Part shown: positions 9,141 to 19,274 of the stretch, piece after piece
Position numbering within the stretch: the first letter of the stretch is position 1
How the letters are laid out: every line of letters starts with the position of its first letter
Assembly (NCBI GenBank): GCA_965232515.1
Contig: CBDDPY010000002.1
Span: 2,304,001-2,368,000 of the forward strand
DNA length: 64,000 nt
DNA from: Alphaproteobacteria bacterium
GTDB taxonomy: Bacteria > Pseudomonadota > Alphaproteobacteria > GCA-2731375
Direction of reading: 5' to 3'
The notes under the pieces: model-generated
Seen by the model: only the letters and a program-made list of their open reading frames with translations
Database searches by the model: none
Told to the model about the DNA's origin: nothing
Made by a program: the position numbers and the translations under genes

Positions 9141-9811
9141 AGAATGTGACGGCGCGTATCATTCCCGCCGCCCTGGCGGTGTTGCTGGCGGGACCGGCCG
9201 CGGCCGAGTCCTGGTTCAAGGACAGTTACTATGTCGGTGTCGGCGTCAAGGGCGGGCTGGCGCTGCTCGACGACGCCAGCAACGACGGTGAATCGATCAC
9301 CTTCGACAGCGAATACGACGCCGGCCTCGGCGTCTCAGGCACTTTCGGCTACAGCTTCACCCGCAGCCTCCGCGCCGAGGCCGAGGTCGCCGGCCGCATC
9401 AACGACGCCGACAGCTTCGACTTCGAGCGCGACCAACTGACCGCCGCCAGCTTCAGCGGCGAGACCGAGGCCGAGGGTGACGTGCAATCGATCGCCTTCA
9501 TGCTGAACGGCTACTACGACCTCGACACCGGCACCCGCTGGATGCCCTATGTCGGCGTCGGGGTCGGCGCGGCCTATGTCGAGGCCGAACTGGCGACCGG
9601 CGGCCAGGGCATCGTCGATGACGACGACGTGGTCTTCGCCTATCAGGCTATGATCGGCGTCGCCTACCAGACCACGGCCTTCTCGGCGATCGGCCTCGGC
9701 TACCGCTACTTCGCCACCAGCGACCCCGACCTGGAAGCGCCGAACGGCACCACCTTCAGCTCTGAATACAGCAGCCACAACATCGAGCTGGAACTGCGGC
9801 TTAAGTTCTAG
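9137..9811 (+). CDS. Outer-membrane beta-barrel protein (opacity/OmpA-like)
   Basis: Signal peptide, MLNGYYD, PYVGVGVG, FAYQAMIG, terminal Phe; ATGA overlap with the HAD gene. Confidence 0.85.
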   Translation: MKNVTARIIPAALAVLLAGPAAAESWFKDSYYVGVGVKGGLALLDDASNDGESITFDSEYDAGLGVSGTFGYSFTRSLRAEAEVAGRINDADSFDFERDQLTAASFSGETEAEGDVQSIAFMLNGYYDLDTGTRWMPYVGVGVGAAYVEAELATGGQGIVDDDDVVFAYQAMIGVAYQTTAFSAIGLGYRYFATSDPDLEAPNGTTFSSEYSSHNIELELRLKF

Positions 9812-10078
9812 CCCGCATTTCTCACCACCCTCATGGTCTGCGCGGCGCTGTGCTGCCGACAGGGCAGGAGCGCTGCGCGGCGCGATGTGGGGCATCGGGC
9901 AAGCGGCGCGACGCCCCCTGTCGGCAGCACGGCGCCGCCCGAAGGGTCGCGCGCAGGCGCCCGCCCGCGGCGTCGCGGCCCTCAACCGTAGGCCCCGCTA
10001 CGCTTTTCGGCCCGCTCCTGGCGGAGCGGACGCCTGTGCGCGACGCAGACCGTGGTGGTGGTGAGAAATGTGGGCTAA
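9808..10078. mobile_element. MITE-like non-coding element with about 33-bp terminal inverted repeats and internal hairpins
   Basis: TAGCCCGCATTTCTCACCACCCTCATGGTCTGC (9809-9841) pairs with GCAGACCGTGGTGGTGGTGAGAAATGTGGGCTA (10045-10077); flanked by CTAG and CTAA. Confidence 0.65.
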
Positions 10079-10115
10079 TTTTCGGGTAGACTGCCGGCAA
10101 TCGGAAGGGCTGGGT

Positions 10116-10727
10116 ATGGGCATTGAGTTTCTGCTGACGTCTATCGTGGTTATCCTGCTGCCGGGCACGGGCGTTCTCTACACGCTTGCCGTCGGCCTGG
10201 GACAGGGCATGAGAGCCAGCATCGTCGCGGCGTTCGGCTGCACGTTGGGCATCGTGCCGCATGTCCTGGCGAGCATTGTCGGACTGGCGGCGGTTCTGCA
10301 CACCAGCGCCATGGCGTTCCAGGTCGTCAAGTATCTGGGCGTCGCCTACCTGTTCTACATGGCCTGGAGCATCCTGCGAGAGGGCGGCGCGCTTGAGGTC
10401 TCCGAAGAACGAACCGAGACGGCCGGAGGGCGCATTGTCCTGAGCGGCATCCTGCTGAACGTTCTGAATCCGAAGCTATCGCTGTTCTTCCTGGCGTTCC
10501 TGCCGCAGTTCGTACCCGCCGGCATTCAAAATCCGACGCCGATGCTTCTCGGCCTCGCGCTGACATTCATGCTTCTGACGTTCATCGTGTTCGTTGGCTA
10601 TGGCGCCTGCGCGTCGTTGGCGCGCGACTATGTCATCTCGCGTCCAACCGTGCTGGTTTGGTTGCGCCGCTCCTTTGCCGGCACGTTCGGTCTGCTGGGC
10701 GTACGGTTGGCACTGTCCGAACGATAA
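10116..10727 (+). CDS. LysE/RhtB family translocator
   Basis: LPGTG, KYLGVAYLFYMAW, NVLNPKLSLFFLAFLPQF. Confidence 0.9.
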   Translation: MGIEFLLTSIVVILLPGTGVLYTLAVGLGQGMRASIVAAFGCTLGIVPHVLASIVGLAAVLHTSAMAFQVVKYLGVAYLFYMAWSILREGGALEVSEERTETAGGRIVLSGILLNVLNPKLSLFFLAFLPQFVPAGIQNPTPMLLGLALTFMLLTFIVFVGYGACASLARDYVISRPTVLVWLRRSFAGTFGLLGVRLALSER

Positions 10728-10757
10728 CGCCGCAAACGCACCTGAAGGGCTGCTGCC

Positions 10758-11792
10758 ATGACCCACACGCTGTTGCCGACGACGATCGTCGGGAGCTATC
10801 CGCAACCCGATTGGCTGGTCGATCGGGCGAACCTGTCGGGACGGTTTCCGCCGCGCGTGCGGGCGCGCGAGCTCTGGCGGGTGGCCGACGAATGGCTGGA
10901 GCAGGCCCAGGACGACGCGACATTGCTGGCGATCCGCGATCAGGAGCGCGCGGGCCTCGATATCGTCTCGGACGGCGAGATGCGGCGGGAGAGCTATTCC
11001 AACCGCTTCGCCACCGCCTTGGAGGGCGTCGACATCGACAATCCGGGCACGGCGCTCGACCGCACCGGTCATCCCAACCCGGTGCCGCGGGTCGCCGGGC
11101 CGATCAAGCGCAAGCACGCGGTCGAGCTGCGGGATCTGGAATTCCTGCGCGCCAACACCGACCGGCAGGTGAAGATGACGGTGCCAGGGCCCTTCACCAT
11201 GACGCAGCAGGCGCAGAACGACTATTACGACGACGACAAGGCCTGCGCGCTGGCCTATGCCGCGGCGGTGAACGAGGAGATCAAGGACCTGTTCGCCGCC
11301 GGGGCCGATGTGGTGCAGATCGACGAGCCCTATATGCAGGCCCGGCCCGAGAAGGCGCGCGACTACGGCGTCGAGGTGCTGAACCGGGCGCTCGACGGCG
11401 TCGAGGGCACGACCTGCGTGCACATCTGCTTCGGCTATGCCGCGATCGTCCATGAGCGCCCGTCAGGCTATTCCTTCCTGCCTGAGCTGGAGGGCGCCCA
11501 CTGCCACCAGGTCTCGATCGAGACCGCGCAATCCAATCTCGACTGCAGCGTGCTGGAAACGCTGCCAAGCAAGACCGTCCTGCTGGGCGTGCTCGACCTG
11601 TCGGATATGACCGTCGAGACACCGGAGACGGTGGCCGGCCGCATCCGTCGCGCGATCGAACACATTCCGGCCGAGCGCATCGTCGTGGCGCCGGATTGCG
11701 GCATGAAGTACCTGCCGCGCGACGTCGCCTCCGGCAAGCTTCAGGCCATGGTACAGGGCGCCGCCATCGTGCGCGCGGAACTGGACCGCTAA
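10758..11792 (+). CDS. Single-domain cobalamin-independent methionine synthase II family (MetE C-terminal-like)
   Basis: PTTIVGSYPQP, SDGEMRR, QIDEP, Zn ligands HIC, E and APDCG. Confidence 0.8.
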   Translation: MTHTLLPTTIVGSYPQPDWLVDRANLSGRFPPRVRARELWRVADEWLEQAQDDATLLAIRDQERAGLDIVSDGEMRRESYSNRFATALEGVDIDNPGTALDRTGHPNPVPRVAGPIKRKHAVELRDLEFLRANTDRQVKMTVPGPFTMTQQAQNDYYDDDKACALAYAAAVNEEIKDLFAAGADVVQIDEPYMQARPEKARDYGVEVLNRALDGVEGTTCVHICFGYAAIVHERPSGYSFLPELEGAHCHQVSIETAQSNLDCSVLETLPSKTVLLGVLDLSDMTVETPETVAGRIRRAIEHIPAERIVVAPDCGMKYLPRDVASGKLQAMVQGAAIVRAELDR

Positions 11793-11812
11793 GCGGCGCT
11801 TCCCGGCGACAG

Positions 11813-12331
11813 ATGCAGATCGACACCGAACGTTTGCGGCTGCGGGCCTTTGTCGACGACGACCATGCGGCCATCGTCGCGGCCATGAACGACTGGGCGG
11901 TCGCGCAATGGCTCGGCTCCCCGCCCTACCCCTACAGCGACGAGAACGCTCGACAGTGGATTGCCCTTGTGCGGGATGATCACCAGGGCCCCGCGCCGGG
12001 ACGGTTCGCCGTCGCCGGCCGCGAGACGGATGCGCTCATCGGCTGCGTCTCGGTGGAAGACCGGGCCGACGGCGCGGAACTCGGATACTGGCTGTCGCCG
12101 GCGCATTGGGGCCATGGCTACGCCACCGAGGCGTCGCAAGCCCTGGTCACGCACGCCTTCGGCGCCATGGGCTGCCATCGGCTGATCGCGCACACCGATA
12201 CCGACAACACGGCGTCGAACGGGGTCCTGCAAAAATGCGGGTTCCGCCAGCTCGGGCTGGTCGCGCGGCCAGAGACTCGCCGCGGCAAGACCGAACTGCT
12301 GCGGCACGAGCTGTTCGCCGGCGACCTGTAG
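11813..12331 (+). CDS. GNAT acetyltransferase (RimJ/RimL-like)
   Basis: TERLRLR, ELGYWL...WGHGYATEA, NTASNGVLQKCGF. Confidence 0.85.
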   Translation: MQIDTERLRLRAFVDDDHAAIVAAMNDWAVAQWLGSPPYPYSDENARQWIALVRDDHQGPAPGRFAVAGRETDALIGCVSVEDRADGAELGYWLSPAHWGHGYATEASQALVTHAFGAMGCHRLIAHTDTDNTASNGVLQKCGFRQLGLVARPETRRGKTELLRHELFAGDL

Positions 12332-12337
12332 CCGGGA

Positions 12338-13120
12338 TTAGCTCCGGAAGCTGGCGTCCCGGCGTTCGACCAGGCGGACCAGAGCCTCGAAGTCGCGCTC
12401 GGCGCCGCGGCCCTCGGGATCGAAGGTCTTGTTGTCGCGGGTCGAGTTGGTCGCGGCCTCCTCGGTCACCGATCGTACCGGACGGCCCATGCCATAGGCC
12501 ATGACCTGCACGTCGCAGGCGCGCTGCAGCCGGAACAGGCGATTGAAAGCCTCGGGGATCGAGCGGCCGCAGGTGAGCAGGCCGTGGTTGCGCAGGATCA
12601 CGTAATCCTTGTCGCCGATAGCCTGCACCATGCGCGGCCCTTCGTCGTCGCGCGTGGTCAGGCCCTCGAAGTCGTGATAGGCGACCTCGTCCTGCAGCAT
12701 GGCCGAATAGAAATTGCACTGGATCAGGCCTTCCTCCAGGCAGGCGACGGCCATGCCGGTCGTGGTATGGGTGTGCATCACGCATTTCACGTCATGCCGG
12801 GCCTCGTGGATCGCCGAGTGGATCACGTAGCCGGCCGGATTGATCGGCCAGTCGCTGTCACCGATGATCGTGCCGTCGAGATCGACCTTGACCAGATTGG
12901 ACGCGGTGACCTCGCTGTAGTGCAGGCCGAACGGGTTGATCAGGAAATGCATCTCCGGCCCCGGCACCTTGACCGTGATGTGGTTGTAGATCAGCTCGGT
13001 CCAGCCCAGCATGTCGAAGACGCGATAGCAGGCGGCGAGCTGGACTCTCAGGTCCCATTCGCTCATGCCGGCGGGATCGGGGCGATGGGCGACAGCGGCT
13101 TCGGCGGGTGGCGTCATCAC
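12338..13120 (-). CDS. Class II aldolase/adducin family protein
   Basis: IYNHIT, FLINPFGL, IHSAIH, MHTHT, LRNHG. Confidence 0.9.
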   Translation of the reverse strand: MMTPPAEAAVAHRPDPAGMSEWDLRVQLAACYRVFDMLGWTELIYNHITVKVPGPEMHFLINPFGLHYSEVTASNLVKVDLDGTIIGDSDWPINPAGYVIHSAIHEARHDVKCVMHTHTTTGMAVACLEEGLIQCNFYSAMLQDEVAYHDFEGLTTRDDEGPRMVQAIGDKDYVILRNHGLLTCGRSIPEAFNRLFRLQRACDVQVMAYGMGRPVRSVTEEAATNSTRDNKTFDPEGRGAERDFEALVRLVERRDASFRS

Positions 13121-13170
13121 GCTCTCCTTCAGATCCAGTTCCCTATTCTACCGCGAGATGCCGGGCGGCG

Positions 13171-14001
13171 TCAGTAGACCATGCCGCCGCTGCAAAGCAG
13201 TACCTGGCCGCTAATGAAATCCGATTCAGGGATGCAGAGCAGATAGACGGCGCCGGCGGCATCGGTCGGCCGGCCGACGCGCGGCAACGGCGTGCGGGCG
13301 ACGACCTCGTCGTAGGCCTCGCGCGACAAACCGACCTTGTGGTCGCTGTCCTTCACCCGGATGGTGTCGGGCTGGTCGTCGTAGCGCTGCGTCAGCCGGG
13401 TCTCGATATGGCCGAAGGCGACACAATTGACGGTGACATTGTAGCGGCCCCATTCGCGGGCGAGCGTTCGGGTCATGCCGACGACGGCCGCCTTGCCGGC
13501 GGAGTAGGCAAGCTGGGTCGCCGCGCCGTACCACCCCGACGTCGAGGAAATGTTCACGACCTTGCGGCAGCGCGGCATGCCGTCTTCGGCCATCTCGCGC
13601 TTGGCCGTCGCGCGAAAGTAGGTCGAGGCCGCGCGCAGCAGGCGGAACGGCGCCGTCGCGTGCACATCGAGCATGGCCTGCCACTGGTCGTCCGAATGGT
13701 TCTGGATGGTCGAGTTCCAGATATAGCCGGCGTTGTTGACGATGATGTCGAGGCCGCCGAAACGGTCGAGCGTGGCCTCGACGATGCCCTCGCCGAAGTC
13801 GGACGCCGTCACGTCGCCGACGAAGGCCGTCGCCGCACCGCCGTCGCGTTCGATGGCGGCGACGGTGTCGGCAGCGGGCGCGTCGTCGAGATCGTTAACC
13901 ACGACCTGCGCGCCCTCGCCCGCCAGCTTCACGGCGATGGCGCGGCCGATGCCGCGGCCGGACCCGGTAACGATGGCGGTCCGACCGTCGAGTTTGCCCA
14001 T
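13171..14001 (-). CDS. Short-chain dehydrogenase/reductase
   Basis: TGSGRGIG, NNAG, YSAGK. Confidence 0.9.
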   Translation of the reverse strand: MGKLDGRTAIVTGSGRGIGRAIAVKLAGEGAQVVVNDLDDAPAADTVAAIERDGGAATAFVGDVTASDFGEGIVEATLDRFGGLDIIVNNAGYIWNSTIQNHSDDQWQAMLDVHATAPFRLLRAASTYFRATAKREMAEDGMPRCRKVVNISSTSGWYGAATQLAYSAGKAAVVGMTRTLAREWGRYNVTVNCVAFGHIETRLTQRYDDQPDTIRVKDSDHKVGLSREAYDEVVARTPLPRVGRPTDAAGAVYLLCIPESDFISGQVLLCSGGMVY

Positions 14002-14008
14002 AACAGGC

Positions 14009-15445
14009 CTAGGGCGCGACGTAGGACGTCTTCACGGTCGTGTAGAACTCGTGCGCGTAGCGGCCCTGCTCACGCGGACCGTAGCTCGAGCCCTTCCGGC
14101 CGCCGAACGGCACGTGATAGTCCACACCGGCCGTCGGCAGGTTGACCATCACCATGCCGGCCTCGGAATTGCGCTTGAAGTCGCTGGCATGCTTCAGCGA
14201 GGTCGTGCAGATGCCGGACGACAGGCCGAAGTCGGTGTCGTTCGCCACCGCCAGCGCCTCGTCGTAGTCGCCGGCCTTGATCACCGTCGCCACGGGGCCG
14301 AAGATCTCCTCACGATTGACGCGCATGTCGTTCGTGGTCCCGGCCAGCAGCGCCGGCGAGAGATAGAAGCCCTCGGTCTCGCGGTTCAGGCGTTCGCCGC
14401 CGCAAACCAGCTCGGCGCCTTCCGACTTGCCGATGTCGAGGTATTTCAGGTCCTGGTCGAGCTGGCTCTGATCGACCACCGGGCCGATGTCGGTGCCGGA
14501 CTTCAACGCGTCATCGACGGTGAGCGATTGCAGCTTGGCCGCGACCGCATCGACGAACTGGTCGTGGATGCCCGGCGTCACAATCAGCCGGCTGGAGGCG
14601 GTGCAGCGCTGACCGGTCGAGTAGAACGCGCCCTGCACGGCGCAGTTCACCGCGACATCGATGTCGGCATCGTCCAGCACCACCAGCGGGTTCTTACCGC
14701 CCATCTCGAGCTGCACCTTGGCGAGGCGCGCGACGGCCTTCTGCGCCACGTTCTGGCCGGTCTCGACCGACCCGGTAAAGGTGATGCCGGCGATCCGCTT
14801 GTCGGCCAGCATGGCCTCGCCGACGACCGAGCCGCGGCCCATGACCATGTTGAACACGCCCTCGGGCGCGCCGGCGCGGGCGATGATGTCGGCGAGCGCC
14901 CAGGCGCAGCCCGGGACCAGGTCGGCCGGCTTGAACACAACAGTGTTGCCGTAGCAGAGCGCCGGCGCGATCTTCCAGGCCGGGATCGCGATGGGGAAGT
15001 TCCAAGGCGTGATGATGCCGACCGTGCCGAGCGGCTCGCGCGTGATCTCGACGTCGAGGCCCGGCCGGGTGGACGGCAGCTTCTCGCCTGCTAGCCGCAG
15101 GGCCTCGCCGGCGAAGAACTTGAAGATTTGGCCGGCCCGCATGGCCTCGCCGATGCCCTCCGGCAGGGTCTTGCCCTCTTCGCGGCTGAGCAGGTTGCCG
15201 AGCTCTTCCTTGCGCGACAGGATCTCGTTGCCGATGGCGTCCAGCAGATCGTGCCGCTGCTGGATCGGGCTGCGGTTCCAGGCCGGCGCGGCGGCGGCGG
15301 CCGCGGCGATGGCGTCCTCGACCTGATCGGCGTTGGCGCGCGCGTATTCGCCGACGGTGTCGGCCAGGTTCGACGGATTGACGTTCTGGTTGACATCGCT
15401 GCTGTCGACCCAGTCGCCGGCGATGAAGTTCTTGTGTTCGGTCAT
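14009..15445 (-). CDS. Aldehyde dehydrogenase (KGSADH-like)
   Basis: ITPWNFP, FTGS, LEMGGKNP, GQRCTA, EEIFGP. Confidence 0.92.
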   Translation of the reverse strand: MTEHKNFIAGDWVDSSDVNQNVNPSNLADTVGEYARANADQVEDAIAAAAAAAPAWNRSPIQQRHDLLDAIGNEILSRKEELGNLLSREEGKTLPEGIGEAMRAGQIFKFFAGEALRLAGEKLPSTRPGLDVEITREPLGTVGIITPWNFPIAIPAWKIAPALCYGNTVVFKPADLVPGCAWALADIIARAGAPEGVFNMVMGRGSVVGEAMLADKRIAGITFTGSVETGQNVAQKAVARLAKVQLEMGGKNPLVVLDDADIDVAVNCAVQGAFYSTGQRCTASSRLIVTPGIHDQFVDAVAAKLQSLTVDDALKSGTDIGPVVDQSQLDQDLKYLDIGKSEGAELVCGGERLNRETEGFYLSPALLAGTTNDMRVNREEIFGPVATVIKAGDYDEALAVANDTDFGLSSGICTTSLKHASDFKRNSEAGMVMVNLPTAGVDYHVPFGGRKGSSYGPREQGRYAHEFYTTVKTSYVAP

Positions 15446-15456
15446 GACGCTGTCCC

Positions 15457-17145
15457 TCAGGCTTGCTGTCGCTTCAACGCCGCCTCCTTGATGGCGGCGA
15501 GTGTGGTGCGGGTGGTGATGGCGTTCGGATCGGTGCGCAGGTCGAGCAGCGCGATCCGGTCGGCGGCCATGGCGCGGTCGAACGCGCCGGCGAACTCGTC
15601 ATCTTTTTCAACCGTTTCGCCGAAGGCGCCAAACGACTTTGCGAAGGCGGCGAAGTCCGGATTGGTCAGGTCGGTGGCGCTGCGCCGGCCGGGATATTCG
15701 CGCTCCTGATGCATGCGGATAGTGCCGTAGATGCCGTTGTTCACGACCAGGATAATCGGCTTGAAGCCGTGATGCACTGCCGTCGCGATCTCCTGCGCGC
15801 TCATCATGAAGCCGCCGTCGCCGACGAAGCAGATCACCCGGCGCTCGGGATGCACGGCGGCTGCGGCGACGGCGGCCGGCACGCCATAGCCCATGGCGCC
15901 GCTGGTCGGGCCGAGCTGGCTGGGATAGACCGAGAACTGCAGATAACGGTGGGCCCAGCCCGAGAAATTGCCGGCATCGTTGGTGATGATGGTGTCCGGC
16001 GGCAGCTTCTCGCGCAACACGGTCACGACATGGGCCATATCGAGATCGCCGACCGACGGCTCAATCTCGAGATTGCCGAGATAGTCTTCCCGCGCGGTTT
16101 TCGTCCAGTCGCGCCAGGCCGCCGGGTCGACCGGGTCAAGCGCGGCGGCCGCGGCGGCGAAGCCCGGCATGCCGGCATTGATCGCCAGCGTCGGCCGGTA
16201 GACACGGCCCAGTTCCTCGGCGCCGGGATGGACATGCACAATGGGCTGCTGCGGGTTCGGGATGTCGAACAGGGTGTAGCCCTGGCTGGTCATCTCGCCG
16301 AGCCGCGGCCCGACCGTCAGCAGCAGGTCCGTGTCCCGGAAGCGCTGCACCAGCGGCGGGTTCGAGCCGATGCCAAGCTCGCCGACATAGTTCTTGTGCC
16401 GGTTGTCCATGCGGTCCTGGCAGCGGAAGCCGCCGACGACAGGCAGGTCGTTCGCCTCGGCGAAGCGGGTGATGTCGGCAACCGCGTCCGGCGTCCAGGT
16501 GCCGCCGCCCAGCAGCAACAGCGGTCGTTCGGCCGCGGCCAGCATCTCGCGCAGTTGCGCCATGTCGTCGGGGCCGGGATGCGCCTGCACCGGCCGGTAG
16601 GACATGGCGTCGGCGATGCCGGCGCGCTCGACCAGCATGTCTTCCGGCAGCGCCAGCACCACCGGGCCCGGCCGGCCCGAGGTCGCGGTGTGGAAGGCGT
16701 GGCTAACCATCTCGGGGATGCGCGCCGGATCGTCGATCTGCGCCGCCCATTTCGAGCATTGGTCGAAGAACCGCCGGTAGTCCATCTCCTGGAAGGCCTC
16801 GCGCTCGGTCATTTCGCGGGCAACCTGGCCGACAAACAAAATCAGCGGCGTCGAGTCCTGGAAGGCCGTATGCAGGCCGACGGCGGCGTGCGCCGCGCCC
16901 GGCCCGCGGGTGACGAAGCAGATGCCGGGCCGGCCGGTCAGCTTGCCGTAGGCTTCCGCCATGTTGGCGGCGCCGGCTTCCTGACGGCAGGTCACGAGCT
17001 GGATGGCATCGCCGGCGTCGTGCAACGCGTCCAGCGCGGCCAGATAGCTCTCGCCCGGCACGCAGAACGCCGTGTCGGCGCCGTGCACCTTCAACTGGTC
17101 AATCAGGATCTGCCCGCCGGTGCGCAAATTGCTGCCGTCGTTCAT
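15457..17145 (-). CDS. Thiamine-diphosphate-dependent enzyme (acetolactate synthase-like)
   Basis: VPGESY, TRGPG, GDGGFMM...NN ThDP motif; start ATG 17145 after GGAGG. Confidence 0.9.
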   Translation of the reverse strand: MNDGSNLRTGGQILIDQLKVHGADTAFCVPGESYLAALDALHDAGDAIQLVTCRQEAGAANMAEAYGKLTGRPGICFVTRGPGAAHAAVGLHTAFQDSTPLILFVGQVAREMTEREAFQEMDYRRFFDQCSKWAAQIDDPARIPEMVSHAFHTATSGRPGPVVLALPEDMLVERAGIADAMSYRPVQAHPGPDDMAQLREMLAAAERPLLLLGGGTWTPDAVADITRFAEANDLPVVGGFRCQDRMDNRHKNYVGELGIGSNPPLVQRFRDTDLLLTVGPRLGEMTSQGYTLFDIPNPQQPIVHVHPGAEELGRVYRPTLAINAGMPGFAAAAAALDPVDPAAWRDWTKTAREDYLGNLEIEPSVGDLDMAHVVTVLREKLPPDTIITNDAGNFSGWAHRYLQFSVYPSQLGPTSGAMGYGVPAAVAAAAVHPERRVICFVGDGGFMMSAQEIATAVHHGFKPIILVVNNGIYGTIRMHQEREYPGRRSATDLTNPDFAAFAKSFGAFGETVEKDDEFAGAFDRAMAADRIALLDLRTDPNAITTRTTLAAIKEAALKRQQA

Positions 17146-17159
17146 GGCGTTCGACCTCC

Positions 17160-17813
17160 CTACAAATCGATCAGTTCTTCGCTCAGGACCGTAGCACGCT
17201 GGGTCTTCGGTTTGTCGGCGTCGCGCGCGTCCAGATACTTGATCGTGCGTTTGCCGCGCCATTCGCGCGGCAGCACCATGGCGCGGACGAAATGGCTGTC
17301 GCCCTTGTCCCAGGTCGTCGCCAGCACCGGCGCCGGCCCGATCTCGAACCAAGCCTCGCCGGGGCCGTATTCCGTCTGCTTGCCCTTGGTGTCGATGGTA
17401 ATGCGGCCCTGCATCTGACAACGGATGCCGGGGCCGGGATGGGTATGCTTGAAGGCGACGCCGCCCGGCGGGAAGTCGACCCGGTCGCAGCGCAGCATAT
17501 AGTCCTGCGACGCGTCGAGCTTGACATCGACCGAGAGCTTGAGCGCGGACTCGACGCCCTCGGCCTCGACCGTGCCGTCGTCCGACACCGGGGCCTTCAG
17601 CAACTCCCAACGCAGATATTCGGCGCCGGCAGATCCAGCGGTGATGCGGCAGGTCGCCGGGCGATAGAGCGCCTCGTCGGGCGCCACGGCGCTGTCGTCA
17701 ACCATCAGTTCGCCGTTGACGGCGTAGAACAACCGGTCGCAGGCACGCAGGTTGAGTGTGGCCGCATCGGCCGCCAGGCGGTCGTGCAGCAGGCGCAAGA
17801 CATAGGCAGCCAA
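17160..17813 (-). CDS. Cupin-like protein
   Basis: FPPGGVAFKHTHPGPGIRC...GEAWFE cupin motif; sits in-line in the operon. Confidence 0.7.
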   Translation of the reverse strand: MAAYVLRLLHDRLAADAATLNLRACDRLFYAVNGELMVDDSAVAPDEALYRPATCRITAGSAGAEYLRWELLKAPVSDDGTVEAEGVESALKLSVDVKLDASQDYMLRCDRVDFPPGGVAFKHTHPGPGIRCQMQGRITIDTKGKQTEYGPGEAWFEIGPAPVLATTWDKGDSHFVRAMVLPREWRGKRTIKYLDARDADKPKTQRATVLSEELIDL

Positions 17814-17848
17814 ATGTCACCTCTTGAGATTTGCAGGCGGAAAAGCGG

Positions 17849-18493
17849 TCAGCGCTCGATGACGCTGCCGCGCTCAATCACATACGTCCGGTCGAGCAGA
17901 CCTTGCAAGTGGGTATCGTTCGATTCCGCCACCAGGACGGATTGGCCGGCGGCTTTCAGATCGCTCAGGATCTGCCCCATGCGCTGGGCGAGCACGGGCG
18001 CGATGCCCTCGGTCGGCTCGTCCAGCAGCAGGAGATTGTCGCCGGCGATCAGCGCGCGGGCGAGCGCCACCATCTTCTGCTGGCCGCCCGACAGCGAGCT
18101 CGAGGGCCGCTGGCGGAACTCGGCCGCTTCCGGCATCAGGCCGTAAATCCAATCCAGCCGCTGGTGATAGTCGGCGCGGCCGGCCGACCAGACCGGCAGC
18201 AGAATGTTTTCCTCGGCCGTCAGCTCGGGCACCAGCCGACGGTCTTCCGGCATATAGCCGATGCCGAGCCCGACGCGGCCGTGGCTCTTGACCTTGACCA
18301 GGTCGGCCTGGTCGAAGCGGATCTGGCCGGCCGACGCCGCCAACAGGCCCATAATCGAGCGCATGAGCGTCGTCTTGCCGGCGCCGTTGCGGCCGATCAG
18401 GCCGCACATGGCCCCGGACGGGACCTGCAGCGAGACGCCGCGCAGGATCGGAATGGGGCCGATATCGACGTCGAGGCCGGCGACCTCAAGCAT
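17849..18493 (-). CDS. ABC transporter ATP-binding subunit (LivF-like)
   Basis: GRNGAGKT, LSGGQQ, LLLDEP. Confidence 0.9.
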   Translation of the reverse strand: MLEVAGLDVDIGPIPILRGVSLQVPSGAMCGLIGRNGAGKTTLMRSIMGLLAASAGQIRFDQADLVKVKSHGRVGLGIGYMPEDRRLVPELTAEENILLPVWSAGRADYHQRLDWIYGLMPEAAEFRQRPSSSLSGGQQKMVALARALIAGDNLLLLDEPTEGIAPVLAQRMGQILSDLKAAGQSVLVAESNDTHLQGLLDRTYVIERGSVIER

Positions 18494-19274
18494 GGCCGCC
18501 CTCCGCCGGCGCATGCGTCTCGCGGTGATGCTCGGTGCCGATCACGTATTCCTGGACCTTGGGGTCGACGAGGGCTTCAGCCGGCGGCGCGTCGCAGATG
18601 ATCTCGCCCTGATAGAAGGCCAGCACCCGGCCGACATAGCGCTCGACGATCTCCATGTCGTGCTCGATGAACAGCACGGTGACGTCGTCCGCCTTCAGCG
18701 CCTCCATCACCAGGTCCATCAGCGGGAACTTCTCTTCGACGCTGATGCCACTGGTGGGTTCGTCCAGCAGCAGCAGCTTCGGCTTGGCGACGACCGCCAT
18801 GGCGATATCGAGCAGCTTGCGCACGCCCTGCGGCAGCTGGCTCGCCGGCTGGTCGCGGTACTCGCCGATGCCGTAGCGATCGAGGATCTGTTCGCAGCGG
18901 CGCAACAGTTCGGCCCGCCGCAACGGTCGCAACATGCCCAACCCATGGGACTCGGCAATGCCGAGCGCGGTCAGCAGATTGTCGAACACGCTCATGGTCA
19001 TGAAGACCTGGCTGACCTGGAACGAGCGGCAGATGCCGGCGCGCGTCACGTGCCGCGGCGCCAGTCCGGTGATGTCGCGATCGAGAAAACGGATGCGGCC
19101 GTCGGACGGTTTCAGGTAGCCGGTGACCATGTTGACGAACGTGGTCTTGCCGGCGCCGTTGGCGCCGATGATGCCGACGATCTCGCCGGCCGCGACGTCG
19201 ACGTTGATGTCCTTCGCGGCCGTCACCGCGCCGAAGGTTTTCTGCAGGTTCTCGACCTGGAGGATCGCGCTCAC
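18486..19274 (-). CDS. ABC transporter ATP-binding subunit (LivG-like)
   Basis: GANGAGKT, RSFQ, LLLDEP, IEHDM; GTG start overlaps the upstream stop. Confidence 0.9.
   Translation of the reverse strand: MSAILQVENLQKTFGAVTAAKDINVDVAAGEIVGIIGANGAGKTTFVNMVTGYLKPSDGRIRFLDRDITGLAPRHVTRAGICRSFQVSQVFMTMSVFDNLLTALGIAESHGLGMLRPLRRAELLRRCEQILDRYGIGEYRDQPASQLPQGVRKLLDIAMAVVAKPKLLLLDEPTSGISVEEKFPLMDLVMEALKADDVTVLFIEHDMEIVERYVGRVLAFYQGEIICDAPPAEALVDPKVQEYVIGTEHHRETHAPAEGGHA

Noticed and set aside
10728-10757. Riboswitch upstream of the MetE-like gene
   Set aside because: Only 30 nt of intergenic sequence and no recognisable aptamer
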